Made by a program: the position numbers and the translations under genes
Assembly (NCBI GenBank): GCA_018398765.1
Contig: JAHBMJ010000295.1
Location: 1-51,261, forward strand
DNA from: Chromera velia
Lineage: Eukaryota
Length of the DNA stretch: 51,261 nt
Direction: 5' to 3'
Shown here: positions 1 through 13,107 of the stretch, in pieces
How the letters are laid out: each line of letters begins with the position of its first letter
Numbering within the stretch: the stretch's first letter is position 1
The notes under the pieces: model-generated
What the model saw: only the letters and a program-made list of their open reading frames with translations
The model's database searches: none
Told to the model about the DNA's origin: nothing

Positions 1-2801
1 GCTGCCACGAGTTAGCCCCCCCCCCTCGTCCTCCTTCTCCTTCCAGTCTCTTTCCCCGAATTCCTCCCAGAGGACCACCCTCAATGTCCCCATCCCCCTC
101 AAGGGCGGCCTCCACCCTTCCCTGGCTCTCTCGCATTGCCGTCCTCAAAGGGCTCTCCCCCCCCCCTCCCAAGGGTTCCTCTGAGTAATCCATCGGACCC
201 CAAGCAGGCTGTCGCCTAGAAGGCCCAGCGGAGCCATGAAGTCCTGCGCCGGGCACGCGCGTGAACGGCATCTGCGCACTCATTCCGACTGTAGGCGCCC
301 CCCCGTTTGGGGGCATGCCCATCACTACACTCGGCTGAGATGGCTTTGGGGGCGGTGGGGGGGCACCTCCATGGTTGGTTGGAGGTTCAAGAGACACAGG
401 CACAAACCGGTTCGCAGGCTGCCGCCACTTGACAGAAGGCAAAAAGTCGTAGTAAAACGGCCGCATTGCCAATTGACTCCCGAAGGGTGCAGACGGGGGC
501 GTGACCTCCTCTGCCAGAGGCCCCATGGGAACCTTCGTAGCCCCATTGGGTTCTCTTCCCATTGCACTCGCAACTCCTCTCATATACCTCTCGTTCCGGT
601 ATCTGCAGATATCGATCATACACATGTACACGAGCGCGCCTTCATTTACACACATAGAAACACATGCACACATGCATGGAGCGGCAGGCGAACTTGCACT
701 CGAACTCCTACACCGTTCCTGTTCGACAGCAGGTCTGTCTGGCTTGAAACTTTTTTCTTCTTCTTCAGTTGGCATCAGAAGGGGAAGAAAACAGTTTTGC
801 AAAAGACCTGTAGCAAAAACTCTCAACACACAAATCCCGATATATTTCTTTTTTTCTGTTAAAGAAAAAGGGATCATGGAGGGATCTCGAGGATAGATCG
901 GCACAGGAAGGCACTCACTCACCCATCACCTACCTACACACCCACGTACTTGGAATGGTTTCCGTGAGGATGTGCAGCATTGCAGGATCGGCACACAGGG
1001 AAGTGCGCGACCCAAAAGGAAGGATGGACGGCCCAGAGCTTCCAGAAGGCTCTGTACAGATTCCGCATCCTGCTGTTTCTGCAATTAAGCGAGAAGTCAC
1101 GCACAGACGCTCACACTTACACAGATGCAAGCGTGCTTTTACCTGTACACCCTCTCCCATCTCCCAGACAGATCGATCGAAAGATAGACAGGTAGACAGG
1201 CAGGCAGGCAGGCAGGGGAGAGGGAGAGGATAGACATTTAGAAGCAAAAAGAACAGCTGACGCACATGAGCATTTGAACGACTGAGGAGACAGCCCTCTG
1301 CCCTGCTTTTTTTCCGAATTGGAATTAAAAGACAATTAATTGTGCAGGCTGACATGAGCATTTGAACGACTGAGGAGACAGCCCTCTGCCCTGCGGAGTT
1401 TTTGAGAAGCAACGCCGCCCTCTCTGTGGTCTCTGCTCTCTTTGTTTCGTCCATCCTTCTGTCCGCGTCGTATTGGTCTTGTCGTTGACTCAGCGCAGAG
1501 TGCTCTCGAAGCCTGCAAAGCATGCGCTCGATTGTGTTTTGTGAATTTCGTCGCGCGTTCATGTAAAGAGAAGATGCGACACCAGACAGAAGTATGCATG
1601 CAGGGACAAAAAAAAAGGTCAAAATATGGAACACTCAGAGGAAAGAAGCTGCACTTGCCAGGAAGAAAGTTCAATAGCTAAAAAAAATGAAGAGGTCACG
1701 CATAACACCCTTGCCCCCTGCGCGCCCCTATCTGAACAGATTTCGTCTCTCTTCCCATTTCTTCCTCCCCTGTCTCTGTTTTCCTCCTTCTGTCGATTCC
1801 TCTACATGCTGGAAGGAAACAAAGGTTGATGGATCACATTCATTTCTGACGTTTACTCACTTCCCTGCCCACCTGGCGAATGCCCCTTGCAACAGTGTCC
1901 TCTGTCTGGCCTGCAACACAAACTTCCAAGTCGCAATGGCCTTCTCGAATTGTGCCTCATCCATCTCAACAAAGTCGTCTGCCTCCTCGGCACCTCTCGT
2001 GGCCTTCCCTCGCAACTGCTTCTGGAGTCCCGATACCTGCACGCACATATCATCATATCGTTGTGTCTTGTGTGATTCTTTTCAGTTTAAAAGATACGTG
2101 CGCCAACTTATTCACTCCGCTGCTACTGAAGTCCTTATGCTGTGAGGTGAGTGTGAGCACAATTGGTTGTAGCACGGTATCCTGCCAGTGGGTCTAACTT
2201 GAAAAACGCACATATTGTTTTGCTTTGTAACTTCTTTTGTCTGAGTCATCCAACACCTCTGTTTCATTCGTTCTGTTGCTGATCCATGTCTGGCATTTCA
2301 CTTGCTTCTTTGCCGACTGACCTTCTCCATCAGTTTTTGATTCTCGTTGATCAAAAAGATCTGTTCCTTCCTCAGATGCATCAGCTGAGCGTCTGTTGCC
2401 ACCGGCGGCCCCAGTCCCTCCATCCTCCTCTTCATCCTCTTCACACCCTCTGGACCATAGGAAGCAAGGATCAACCTCTCCCAGGCAAGACGCTTGAAGT
2501 ACAAATGCAGAGTCGTGTGCTTGGAAACATTTCCCAGAAGCTGAAGGGCTCTTCCCTTCTGAAGAGCCTTGTAGGCCAACTTTCTTGCCTGCTTGACTTC
2601 AATCATCCGCCCCTTCTCATCTTCCAATTCTGCAATGATCTTCGCTCTCTCGTCTGCCTCTTTCTCAATCTTCAGCATCGCGGCGTTTGATTGTTCCAAC
2701 ACATCCCGCAGCCTCGTGATGCTTAGTTGCATCTCTTTGATGCGTTTGTCCTTCCGTAGAAGGTCCTCCTCCCTCTCCTCGCACTGTGCGCACGTTGCCA
2801 T
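1..2801 (-). CDS. Multi-exon coiled-coil hypothetical protein, 3' end runs off the window
   Basis: ATG at 2801 (MATCAQCEEREEDLLRKDKRIKEMQ..., heptad-like), with an in-frame TGA upstream. GT-AG-bounded exons at about 2322-2801, 1861-2036, 1354-1512, 945-1069 and 1-602. The last frame (YRNERYMRGVASAMGREP...) stays open to base 1. Several L..F..W motifs (LQGAFARW, LYFKRLAW, YRAFWKLW). Confidence 0.7.
1265..1394 (-). repeat. About 42-bp direct duplication of an exon 3' end plus donor GT
   Basis: catgagcatttgaacgactgaggagacagccctctgccctgc occurs at 1265 and 1353 (offset 88), separated by AT-rich filler. Confidence 0.95.
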
Positions 2802-3327
2802 TGTTTTGATTGGATCTCCTTTGAGTTCGCCTGCCTGCTCCTTTGCAATACGACCTAGCTCGGACGCCGTCTGGGGCTCTTTTGGTCAGCAAGATTGCGG
2901 GCTAAGCAGAAAAGACTCAGGCTTGCCCTGTTTGTTCTTCTTATGTTGCTTTCAGAAGAGCAGGCTCATCTCTATGCGGTAATACATGTATGCGTATATA
3001 TAAACATGAGGACAAAAAGTTGCAACACTGCAAACAACAGTTGGTCTGCCTCCCACTTTTGGGCTTACGTCAGGGAGGGATTTTGACGCTGAACCTGTGT
3101 GTGTGAAGAAATGTCGAGATGAACGGAATACCCTTTACATGAATGGCACTGCACGTATACAACATCATCATCCGACACTCAATGCGCTGTGATCGAGTGA
3201 ATCACGATCAATCGATGTTGCATGTTGCATGCAGGCACGGCCGGATCGAGAGACTGTGTCATGACAGTGTCAATCTGTATTAGTTTGGATTCTTGTTTAA
3301 TTGTTTCAATTTCTTCTATTTTTTTGC

Positions 3328-3403
3328 GTGCATGCAATGATGCATGCATGCATCAATTGAAAAATTTTTGCATGAATTATATATATATATATATATATAT
3401 ATA
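3328..3403. promoter_or_regulatory. TGCATGCA cluster and (TA)n in a divergent intergenic region
   Basis: gtgcatgcaatgatgcatgcatgcat followed by a (TA)n run, lying between divergent starts at 2801 (-) and 3667 (+). TGCATGCA is a known ApiAP2-bound motif in apicomplexans. Confidence 0.45.
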
Positions 3404-3666
3404 TGATCGAGGCAAGCAGTTCGACCGACAAAGGCTGGAACTCCATCACAGAGTTCCAGCTCCAACACTCCGGATCGGCGCAAGGTCACACAAGGAAACT
3501 ACGTCCAGAAGCATCGGCCGGGCCGTCATCTTCAGTCATCGTTTGTTTGTCGACGGATTTCGCTTTCACGTTGTGTGCCGACAGCAGAATCAACTGGGAA
3601 CGGAACATTTATGCGATCTTGAATACATACGTTTGACGGCTCCTCAAATCTGTTCCCAACTTCACG

Positions 3667-6600
3667 ATGAGGCTTCTTCCGGTGTCCCTCATGGGCGTAC
3701 CTGGGCTTTCTCTCTGTCTCCTGTTTGTGTCCTTGAGGACACAAGGCTCTGATGGTCTGAGGACGGTGAAGCTCTCCCGTCTCCCTTATGGGACAACACC
3801 CTCAGGGGCTCTAGAGGAGTCTGCCTCTCCTGCAGAGGCCCTTTTCCCATCCCAGCAGAGCGCATTCTTGGAAGACTTTCTTGGAGGGCATGCGGCCCCC
3901 TCTTCTCTGCAGCTCTCTCAGCTTTCTGAGAAGGACAAGAAAAGACCCGTAAAGCACAAAGCCAAACGACAGAAACCAAGTGAAACCCCAACCCTCACCC
4001 CGAGCAAAAAGGCAGGTGCGGGATCAGGGGACGAGGACATGGAGTTTTTTGATGCTCTCGACAAGCCTGAAGTGAAGGCCGATGTGCTGGTCACGGGAGT
4101 AGCTCTCGGCGAAGACGAGGAGGACGGAGACGATGACGACGACGACGATGAGGAGTGGTTCGATCCTCTCGAGTTCCTCATCCCGGAGCAATTTTGTCCT
4201 CATCATAATGCCATGTGCGTATGTCAATTTTGTGTGTTGAAATGCTTTTGGCTCAGTTGGAATTGAATGATAAAATTGCATGAAACATGTATTTCTTTTC
4301 TCGATAATTGCTTGGGGTGATTATCCGAGACTCTCCTCATCTTTGCAGTGCGCCTCCGTCTATCTGTCTACCAGGTTCCAGTTCTTTTCGTTTTGAGTCA
4401 TGACCCTTGCGATTAAATCAGTGCCTCCATCAACAAACGCTCTTTCTTGAACAGATTTATTTATTTATTTATTCACTTACCTCTGACAGTGTGTATTGTT
4501 TGCATGCTCCGTCCTTCCCGCTGGATATGCATGCAGGGACACCCCCCTGTACACGCTGGAGAAGAATCAAACAACTCCGAAACGCACGCGGGGAGCCCAA
4601 GAGCTCTCCGTGAAGAAGCACTACAATTTCCCTTACGAAGAGGGAGACGAGTCCTGCATGTGCGAGTTCCCTCTATTCGAAGAAAAGAACCCATGCGACT
4701 TCCCGATGAAATTCAAAAAACATCCCATTGAACCAAAAGACGCCCACGCACACTGCGCAAGAGTAGCCAAAGCCAATGGATGGGAGTCGGAGGTCGGTTG
4801 GCGTTCCTACGTTCATCAACCGGCGCGCTGCCGTTTTGGGCCAAAATTCTGTTGTAAGCGCTCCCCCCCTGCGCATGTGCCTGTGAGTGTGGCAATGGAA
4901 ATTCAAGAAATTCTCATGACCGTCGAGAAAGACGTTGAGGAAATCCACCAGGCAGCCGGATCTCTGATGGCCGAGGATTCCCTCCTCACGCCTGCCCAGA
5001 AGGAACTTGTAGATTCCCTGGGAAGTGCAACGCTCTCGCACCTCTACAGTCTCTCTCAACGCATCACCTTCTGCATCAAATATGGGGAATCCTCCAGAGG
5101 CCTCAAGTGAGTGAGTGAGTGAGTGAGTGAGTGAGTGAGTGAGTGAGTGAGTGTGGAAGAAAGAAACGATGTGAGCCTGCGTGGAAGCGGAGTGGAATGA
5201 TTCTGTGCATTGATTGCATCGTTGAGTGCCGCACCAAATGTTGGAACTTCCCAAGAGGTTTCAAGTCGGTGTCTCTTCATTTCAGATTCGTGTGAAGTGC
5301 TTTCCACAAGTACAGTCAGCGCAGTCACCTTCGACCTTAATGCTTTACAAAAGTCTTCAAGTCACTCTTTTCCAGTATTTCTTTTCTCTCAGAGCGGTCA
5401 TTTAGTGTTCCTGACTCTTGGTGAACTCGCTTGCACACTTCTTTCGCCTGTCTGTCCGCTGGCCTGTCGCTTGGCATGTTTTGTTTCGTCTTTCCCTTTA
5501 CTTGACGCGTGCAAATTTATTTTCCTTTATGCATGGCTGCCTGTGTGCAGATATGGGTGCACTCAACAGAGAGTCGTGCTTGCGAATGTGCGGAGGTACA
5601 GACGGCAGATTGACAACGTGATGGAAACTTGGAGAGATCTGGTGTACGTGAGCAACTACGGGGTGCCAAAACCGAAGACCATCAAGGAGGTGAGCGAACG
5701 ATCGATGTGTTGCATGGTGGTTAGGGGGACATTCAAAACGGAGATCGATGTCGGGATGCTCTGGGATGGTCAAGGAAGGACATTCAGCCATGTTTAGCAA
5801 CTTTGATGCAAGGACGTACGTCCAATCATGCACGTCGTCTACCTTTGATCTAGCTGGAAGGAATTTTTTGCCCTCCCTCGATGGCCCTCTCGTCCTGTCT
5901 CGACCGGCCAGGGAAGGAAGGAAGGAATCTTCTGATCGCGTCTTCTTCTCCTGCGTCCATCTCCGGATGTTGATTCCCGACAGTCTGTCTGTCTCTTTTT
6001 CCCTTTGTGTATGTATCTGTCTCCTTGTCGTGCTTTGCTGCTTCGATCTCTCTGCGGGGCCTTCAAGCCATCCTTCTGAGTGCTTACTACACGACAGCCA
6101 CAGGACGTGTGTTGAAGTACGTCTCCTTCTCTTCGTTCGTGAAAAAGATCGGGGGGTTCCTCTGGCGGAACAGAATGCTCATCGCCCTGATGATCTCCCT
6201 CTCGACGGCGATCATGCCCATGATGGCGGTGGTCGCGGCAACAGCCACCCAAATAACGGCCTACACTTCTTCCAGTGTGTTGTTGTCTGTGTTCATGAGG
6301 AATTTGGGCAGCAGGTTCATGTGCGGGGCTCTGTTCTCTCCTATTGTTTGGGGGATCATGGCCAGATGGATCGTCGCAAAGGTTAGTCAGAAAAGAAAAG
6401 TCTAGATGAGTAGTCTGTCTTTGAGCATTTACCTAACGCGAAGTGTATGAATCATGCAACCTATATGTGAACTATTCCGTGCTTCCATCCTTCCAAAAAA
6501 ACATGGCAGAGTGGAGTGCCGCAAAGCTGAAAACTCACGGCAGCTCCCTCTGCTTCTCTTTCCTGTGTATGTGCAGGTGGTCCTCAGGGAGTCGTTTGTG

Positions 6601-8924
6601 AATTTTATTATTATTATTATTATTATGCATCGTGTGTGCAGGTGGTCCTCAGTGAGTCGTTTGTGAATTACATCATTTGGCCAGCAATCTCAACGCTGTC
6701 TCTGCCTGTGACAGCCACAGCTTATCTGACTGCAATCACGAGAGGTGAGTCTACCCTTTCCCTCCTTCACAATTGAACGGAATCAATTGCTCCTTTCTCT
6801 ATATCTTCGTAGTTACGGCTGTGTGTACATAATTATGTAAGCTACTTTTGTGAATTTATTTATATCTCTGTTAGTTTCTTCTCAGCCGTTCATACCTTTC
6901 AAATTCCATCGGCAGACTCTTCCAACTGATTTCCGACAGGGCACACACACCTGCTCCCCCCCCTCCTCCTCTCTTTTTCCTTCCGAGCGTCCCGCTCTTA
7001 TTTCCTCTTTTTTTTGAAATCAGATAAGCCCGTGGGGCCTACACATGTCTCTCACACACTCTGGGTGTCTTTCAAAAGCAGCAAAGAACTTCAGAAATTG
7101 CTTTCGATAGACAGGGTTTATCAGACTGACTTGGAGACCATAGAAAGAAAAGAAAGTGGAAATGCAACGCATATTCAAGCTTTCGACATGCATGTGTGTG
7201 ACAACAACATGATGCGTGCATGAGAGAGTGCAGGAAAGAAATTCACGAACCCTGTCGATGCGATGATCAAGACAGTCAGAGGGTGGCACGAGGACAGCGG
7301 ATGGGCAGCAGATGCCGTGTACATCTTCGCTTTCTTTGCACTGTCAAACATTCTGCAGGTGGGCGGGATCTGTGATTGGTGTATTCGAGGGAAACCAGAT
7401 AGGCGTTCCTTACCCCCGTTCTTTCCATCTACCCTCACGCAGAGACATGTACATGTGTGGGCAGCAGCTTTGGATGAAATCCTCTCCCCTCCGATGGAAA
7501 GACAGACAGACCCTTGTATGAAAGTTTCCAGATGTGCTTCCCGAAATTTGGCCATCCGTCTTCGAGTGCTACGGCGAAGGAAGAAAACAAAAAAGCAGCA
7601 AGGAACCCCGTCTCTCTCTCTCTCTCTCTCTCTCTCTGCGCACGGATCGCTCAATTTGCTTTTCTCTCTTGATCCTCTCTCCTTAATTGCAGATGACCCA
7701 GGTGGCCGTGTGCAGTGCAACGACTGTGATTTCGGACGTCTCGAACATCGGCCAAGTGGGCGTGGAGACGAGCAGCAGCTACGTGTATGCGGTCAGTTGG
7801 AGAAAATCAGTGTCGGCAGGTGTGTTGATGATGGTGCACATGCAAGGAGGAGTAATAGACTTGAATTCTCCCGTGGTACAGGAATTGAAAATTCCCAGAA
7901 TCAGCTGAAGTTTTTGGAAGCACGGATGGCCAAAAGTGTCCATGAGAAAGAAGTGCTCAGGTACAAATGGATTGCTGCGTGCGTACGCGTATTTAATTTT
8001 ATTTGCAGGCATGGAACTGGGTTTCCCAGAAGACCTCTTACATCGTTCAGACGGTGACTGGAGGGGGAACGGTGCAGAGCACAGAGGCCGTGCGGAAGAT
8101 GCTGCAGGAGGCGGAGGCTGTCTCGAATTCTGTCGGGACAGCGATGGACAACGCGAAGCTCTTGGAGGTGAGGTTTGGAGAGAGGACGAGAGAGACAGGC
8201 AGAACGACAGACTAAATATATGCCTTCAGACAGACAGGCACATGGGCAGACAGAAAGACAAACACGTAGGGATACCAGCATACGCAGAGAAAGACACGCG
8301 ACAGGTACTGTCAGGCAGGCGGGCGGGCTTCCGGAATCAGGTAGACAGGCCAGCACATAGACAGATAGACGGAAAGATTCTCAGCCTCATTTTTTCTCAT
8401 GTTTTTTCTCTCTCGCTGTCTTTCTTGATGTCCATCTCTTTCGATCGATCTCTTAATTCCTATGGGGTGCTGCAGTTCCTCCAGAAGGGTTTGATGACTG
8501 CGAATGAGCTCCGCGTGTGGGGCATCAACAACGTGTTTGCGATCTTCGACAAGGCTGTAGACCTCCTCGGTGCCTCACCCTACTGGCTGACCTTCATCGG
8601 TTCACTCACTGAATGGATGACCAACGCTTTCAACGCACACTACAGGTCAGACAGATAGAGCTAGGGTTTGAGTGTATGGGTGCACGGTGGGTGTTGCATG
8701 AAGTTCTGGTTGGAGGAAGACCTGCAGACAGATCTGGCCGGGTCTTCAAGCACAATTGTTTTTCGAAACACTCTTTCTTCTATTTGCCTTTGCCCTTTTC
8801 CTCTCAAGAATTGATCGTTTCAGGACGCCGAAGACAACACATTCGCACACGAATCAGATCATGAAAACACCCTGATTCAATTCCTTTGTTCCACTCCAAG
8901 ACTTGTGCATCCGAATAAACACTT

Positions 8925-8959
<35 letters not shown>

Positions 8960-9530
8960 GCCGTGCCCCCCTCTTCTCCAGGACCAAATTGGACAAAATG
9001 CTGAGGGGCACAGCCAGCGGTGCTCGAAAGTTGATCGAGGCCGAGTTTGGGGAGTTGGTTCGAATGGATGAGCTCCGGGAGAAGCACAGAGAGGAGATGG
9101 ACAGGACAAAAGTTCCGATCGACACAAGCGAAGAGATCAGATTCGACGAAGAGGGGGCGCGGCCTCTGACTCCTGAGAAAGTCGAAAAGTTACAGAGGAC
9201 AATGCAGGTCGTGTTGCAGGTGCGTAACTTCACAGATAGATACTCATCTTTTGGGTCGATGTGCGTTTTCATGTGCATCCGTTCGAATTGACATCAGTTC
9301 GTTTGACGAGAGAAGACCGGACCAGCGATTCGAGCGCTGATGCATAGTCAAAGAGGAATTGAGGGGTGCGTGCGTGTTCATGTGAACACCCAAGCGAGCA
9401 TGCATGCACACGCAGGCATTTTCCGAGAACGAAATACTTGAAGAGCCGTAAGCTCATCGGTTGATTCATCGATTGATCTGGTTTGACCTTCTCTCTCCTT
9501 TTCTGTGCGTCTCTGTGTGTGTATCTGTCT

Positions 9531-9564
<34 letters not shown>

Positions 9565-9889
9565 GGGGTGGGTGTGAGGGTGTGTGAATGGAAGAGAGGG
9601 AGAAACAGAAAGAGAAAGAGAGAGAGAAAGAGAGGATAAGAGCGTCCATGCGTGCTTGCATTCGCATCTGCCTCATCTGTTAGTCTTTTTCTTTCCCTTT
9701 ACCTTATTGTACTGTCTATCTATGTGCTTGCCTGCACCTGTTGTTCTCGTGCAGGACGTCCAGAAACAAATCAGTCCGGTGTTTATGAACGAGACGGAGG
9801 CGCTTGGGAAGCCCCTGGAGCTTCTCCAAGAGCAGACGCCTGCCATTTCACTGTCAGTGGTAGCCAGTGGCAGCACAAAAGACGCTTGA
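3667..9889 (+). CDS. Multi-exon hypothetical protein with signal peptide, acidic tract, Cys-rich segment and hydrophobic (TM-like) segments
   Basis: N-terminus MRLLPVSLMGVPGLSLCLLFVSLRTQG. Exons at about 3667-4214, 4536-5106, 5551-5689, ~6058-6381 (hydrophobic), 6642-6744, further exons in 7.0-8.2 kb, 8477-8646, ~8982-9219 and 9755-9889 (stop TGA). Canonical GT/CAG ends. No recognisable family. Confidence 0.7.
6567..6669 (+). repeat. About 35-bp direct duplication of acceptor site plus exon start
   Basis: tgtgcag|gtggtcctcag(g/t)gagtcgtttgtgaatt occurs twice (exon starts at 6577 and 6642), with (TTA)n filler. Confidence 0.95.
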
Positions 9890-10440
9890 GGCATTATTCC
9901 TCTGACAGATCTTGCGCAAAATAAAGCGATTTATTCGAGAGCTGAAAGTAATTTGGCCTCTCAATGAACTTAAAAGTAAATAACCACCGTGGTTCTATTT
10001 TATGTGGTTAAAGAATGTATCATGGTGAATTATTGGTATGTCCTATACAGCCCATTAAAATCTACTGTAAAACTAACTTTAAAAATCGAATTTTATAATT
10101 TTTATTTTCATACGTGTATGAATGAGTTGGAATGAGTGTATCAAAAAATTCTTCAATCTAAATTTAAATTGCATGTTGTGAACATACAAGTGAGCGATGT
10201 TGTTATGTGTGTTGTTTAAGTTTCTGTTAAAGTTTATTATTTTAATAGATTCAATTTCTTCTAAATTTTATATAGAATTTCAAAGAAAAACTTAAAATGA
10301 TTGAATATAATCGTTGCAACACTGTACATCCAGCTATACATGCAAATCTTTTTTTAGTAGAATACCATTTGGAGTATACAGTTCAAATTTGATAAGATTT
10401 TTGGCTGTTACAGCGCAATCTGTTACAGCGCAATAGTGCC

Positions 10441-10655
10441 TATAGCTCTAGCTATGGCTGCGTGACTGTGGGCCTTGCACATCCCTGAACGCCTTGTCAG
10501 AGACTCGACCGGTTGAGATCGCGCGCAAAGGGAGCGAATCTGGCTCTTTTTCGTGTTTCTTTTTTTGAATGCATGCATGCATGGTCTTGCCACAGGCTCG
10601 CGTACAGCATGCATGCATCGGCATATCAAACCTGATGGGGAAGAAGCTAGCTCTG
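10441..10655 (+). promoter_or_regulatory. Putative promoter with TAGCTA/AGCTAG and tandem TGCATGCA motifs
   Basis: tagcta at 10449, atgcatgcatgcatg at about 10569, gcatgcatgcat at about 10607 and aagctagct at about 10644, all upstream of the ATG at 10862. Confidence 0.4.
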
Positions 10656-10861
10656 CTTGTTGATATCTATTCCTGTTCTGGGAGTTCCGTAAGCTTCAAC
10701 GTGCCCAATGACCGGTAATATGTGACTCTTGAGCAAACTCTTCACCGACGGAGCCAACCGTACGAACGGGAAGCCATTTCGATCTGCACACGCATGCCAC
10801 CAAAACCGTTGCTCACTTGCAAGCCAAGCGTATATAATCTCTCTTAAACGACTCAATTTCA

Positions 10862-13107
10862 ATGACCGACACTGGACACGGAGAGGCTGCAAGGTACGCC
10901 AGCCAACGTGTGTGGCTGTCGCTGTTTGGGACGCCTCCATTGAAGGCATCCTTGATTGTTTCTCAATATGTATTCTCTTCCATTCTGTCTTCCCAGCTTT
11001 GCATGCAGTCCCCCCTTGTCTCTGCGAAGGGACAAGGAACCCGACTTTGTAGTCCTCATGTGTAGTCTTTTCTTTTGCTCGTCGTGTTTCCTGCAGCGCG
11101 CGCGGGAACCTTGAGGGCCTCGGGTGTCCCGGAGGAGACGGCGACATTACGCGTGCGTCAACTGGGAGGAAGGATGGAGACTCAACGCATGAGGGGGGGG
11201 GGCAGAGAGAGGAGGACATTGAGAAGGCCCTCTCCTATGTAGAGGCAGCAGAGGGACCTCCTGGAGATCCAGAGGTACAAACGAGTCAACGTTCGTTCCT
11301 CCGATCTCTGGCGGGACTGCTCTGTGCTTCTGCGGGGGCCCTCGCTTTTGCAGTGCTGTCCCTATGTGTAGAGAAGACGGCGCCCTTTATTGGAAACACA
11401 TTGCTCTTCATCTGTGTCCGGTCAACAGTGCAGTCTGTTCTCAGCATTGTGTGTTACTACGGGTACGGGCGGAGATGCAGCTGTATAAGGGGAATGGAGG
11501 AAGAAGGAAAGGGGGAGGAAGAGGGAGAAGAGGGGGAGGGCACATTCCTGGGTCCTTGCAAATACCGAAAGCTCCTGTTCCTTCGGGGTACCTTGACAGG
11601 CTTCTCTTTGAACGCATACTTCTTTGCCCTATCCCAGCTACCCATGGGTGATACCAGCGCTATCTACTTTAACGCTCCCTTAATCACCGCAGCGTTGGCG
11701 AGAATTTGGTTGAAGGAGACATGGCATTGGCTCAACTGGGTGGCAGGATTCATTTCCCTCGTAGGGGTCCTGATTATTGCACGTCCGCCGTTTTTGAGTT
11801 TTATCTTCGAACCTCTCGACCTCCCTCCTGCCTCAGTAGACAGGCTGGATGAAATCGTCGTTTCGCGGTCCGTAGCTGTGGCAGTGTGCGTGCTGGGGGC
11901 TCTAAGCTCGTCAGTCGGGTTCACAATTGTCCGCAAAATTCGAACTGTTTCGACCCTCTCGAACGTTTTTGTTGTGAGCACGATGTCGACAATCATCGCG
12001 TTGATCTTCATGCTGTCGGAAGATGCGCGTCCCTCGTTTAAGGATTTGGGGAGCATTCCGGTGGTTTATGGGTGGGGGGGGGGAGTGATGGCTGGTGTGA
12101 TCGGGACGGTTGCCCAGCTGCTGATGACTCTGGGGTTACAACTGGAACAGGCAGGCCCTGTGGTGTTCTCCTTCTGCCTGGAGGTGCTCTTCTCGTTCCT
12201 TTTGCAGGTGCGTGCGTCAGGCAGGCAGGCAGGCAGGCAGGCAGGCATCAAGTGTTTTTTTCGCTTCCTTGATTGAACTCGGAATCGAAATGAAAGTGCG
12301 CATTTTCAAAGAAGAATACAGACTTGTCGACACGAGCACTCTACTTTTTCTCCCGGACTTGTTGTCTTGGATGCATTGCATGCATGCGCATGCATTTCTT
12401 TCATTTGCTTACCAAAGGAAGAAGAAAATGGTCGTTTGAGACGAAAAATTAAAGCGGCCTTTTCTCATTTTCCAACAAACATCACCTTTTGCTAAGTCCC
12501 TCTTTTTTGCATGGTCGCTTCTTCCTTCTCAGTGAAGGCGGATGACTGACGGACTGACCTGACTGCATGCATGAATGCGCGACTGACTGACTGACTGACT
12601 GACTGACTGAATGAATGAATGATTGATTGAATGAATGAAGAAATAAATAAGTTAATAGATAAAAAAATAAATGGGCAACAAAACAAAACAAACAAAAAAT
12701 CAATCAATCAATTAATCAATCAACCAATCAACCAATCAACCAACCAATCAATCACTCCATTTCATTCGTGTCTGCAGGCAGTAGTGATGGGAACTTCCGT
12801 CGGTCCGAGCAGCCTGGTGGGGGGCGGGTTGGTCATCATCGCCGTCAGCCTTCTCTTCAGCGTCAAGCTCTGGCTGGCCGCCCCATCTCCCTCTCCCTCC
12901 CCCGTGTCGTCGGACGCCGACGATGGGCAGAGAGAGGGAGAGGGAGAGGGAGAGCAGGTGGCTGGGCGACTCGGCAAGAGTCATGGTGGGAAGGGAGGAG
13001 AGGAGGGAGGGGGACTGGGCCCTGTTGGTGATGGGAGAGTGACACCTGCAGAGACTGAGTCTCTGTTGCATCGGGAGGAAAACTCAAGAGCTGGAAAGGA
13101 CAGATGA
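10862..13107 (+). CDS. EamA/DMT superfamily (SLC35G-like) membrane transporter
   Basis: Three phase-consistent exons: 10862-10893, 11097-12207, 12778-13107. Typical EamA segments LLFLRGTLTGFSLNAYFFALSQLPMGDTSAIYFNAPLITAALARIWLKE and AQLLMTLGLQLEQAGPV; about 10 hydrophobic helices. Confidence 0.92.
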
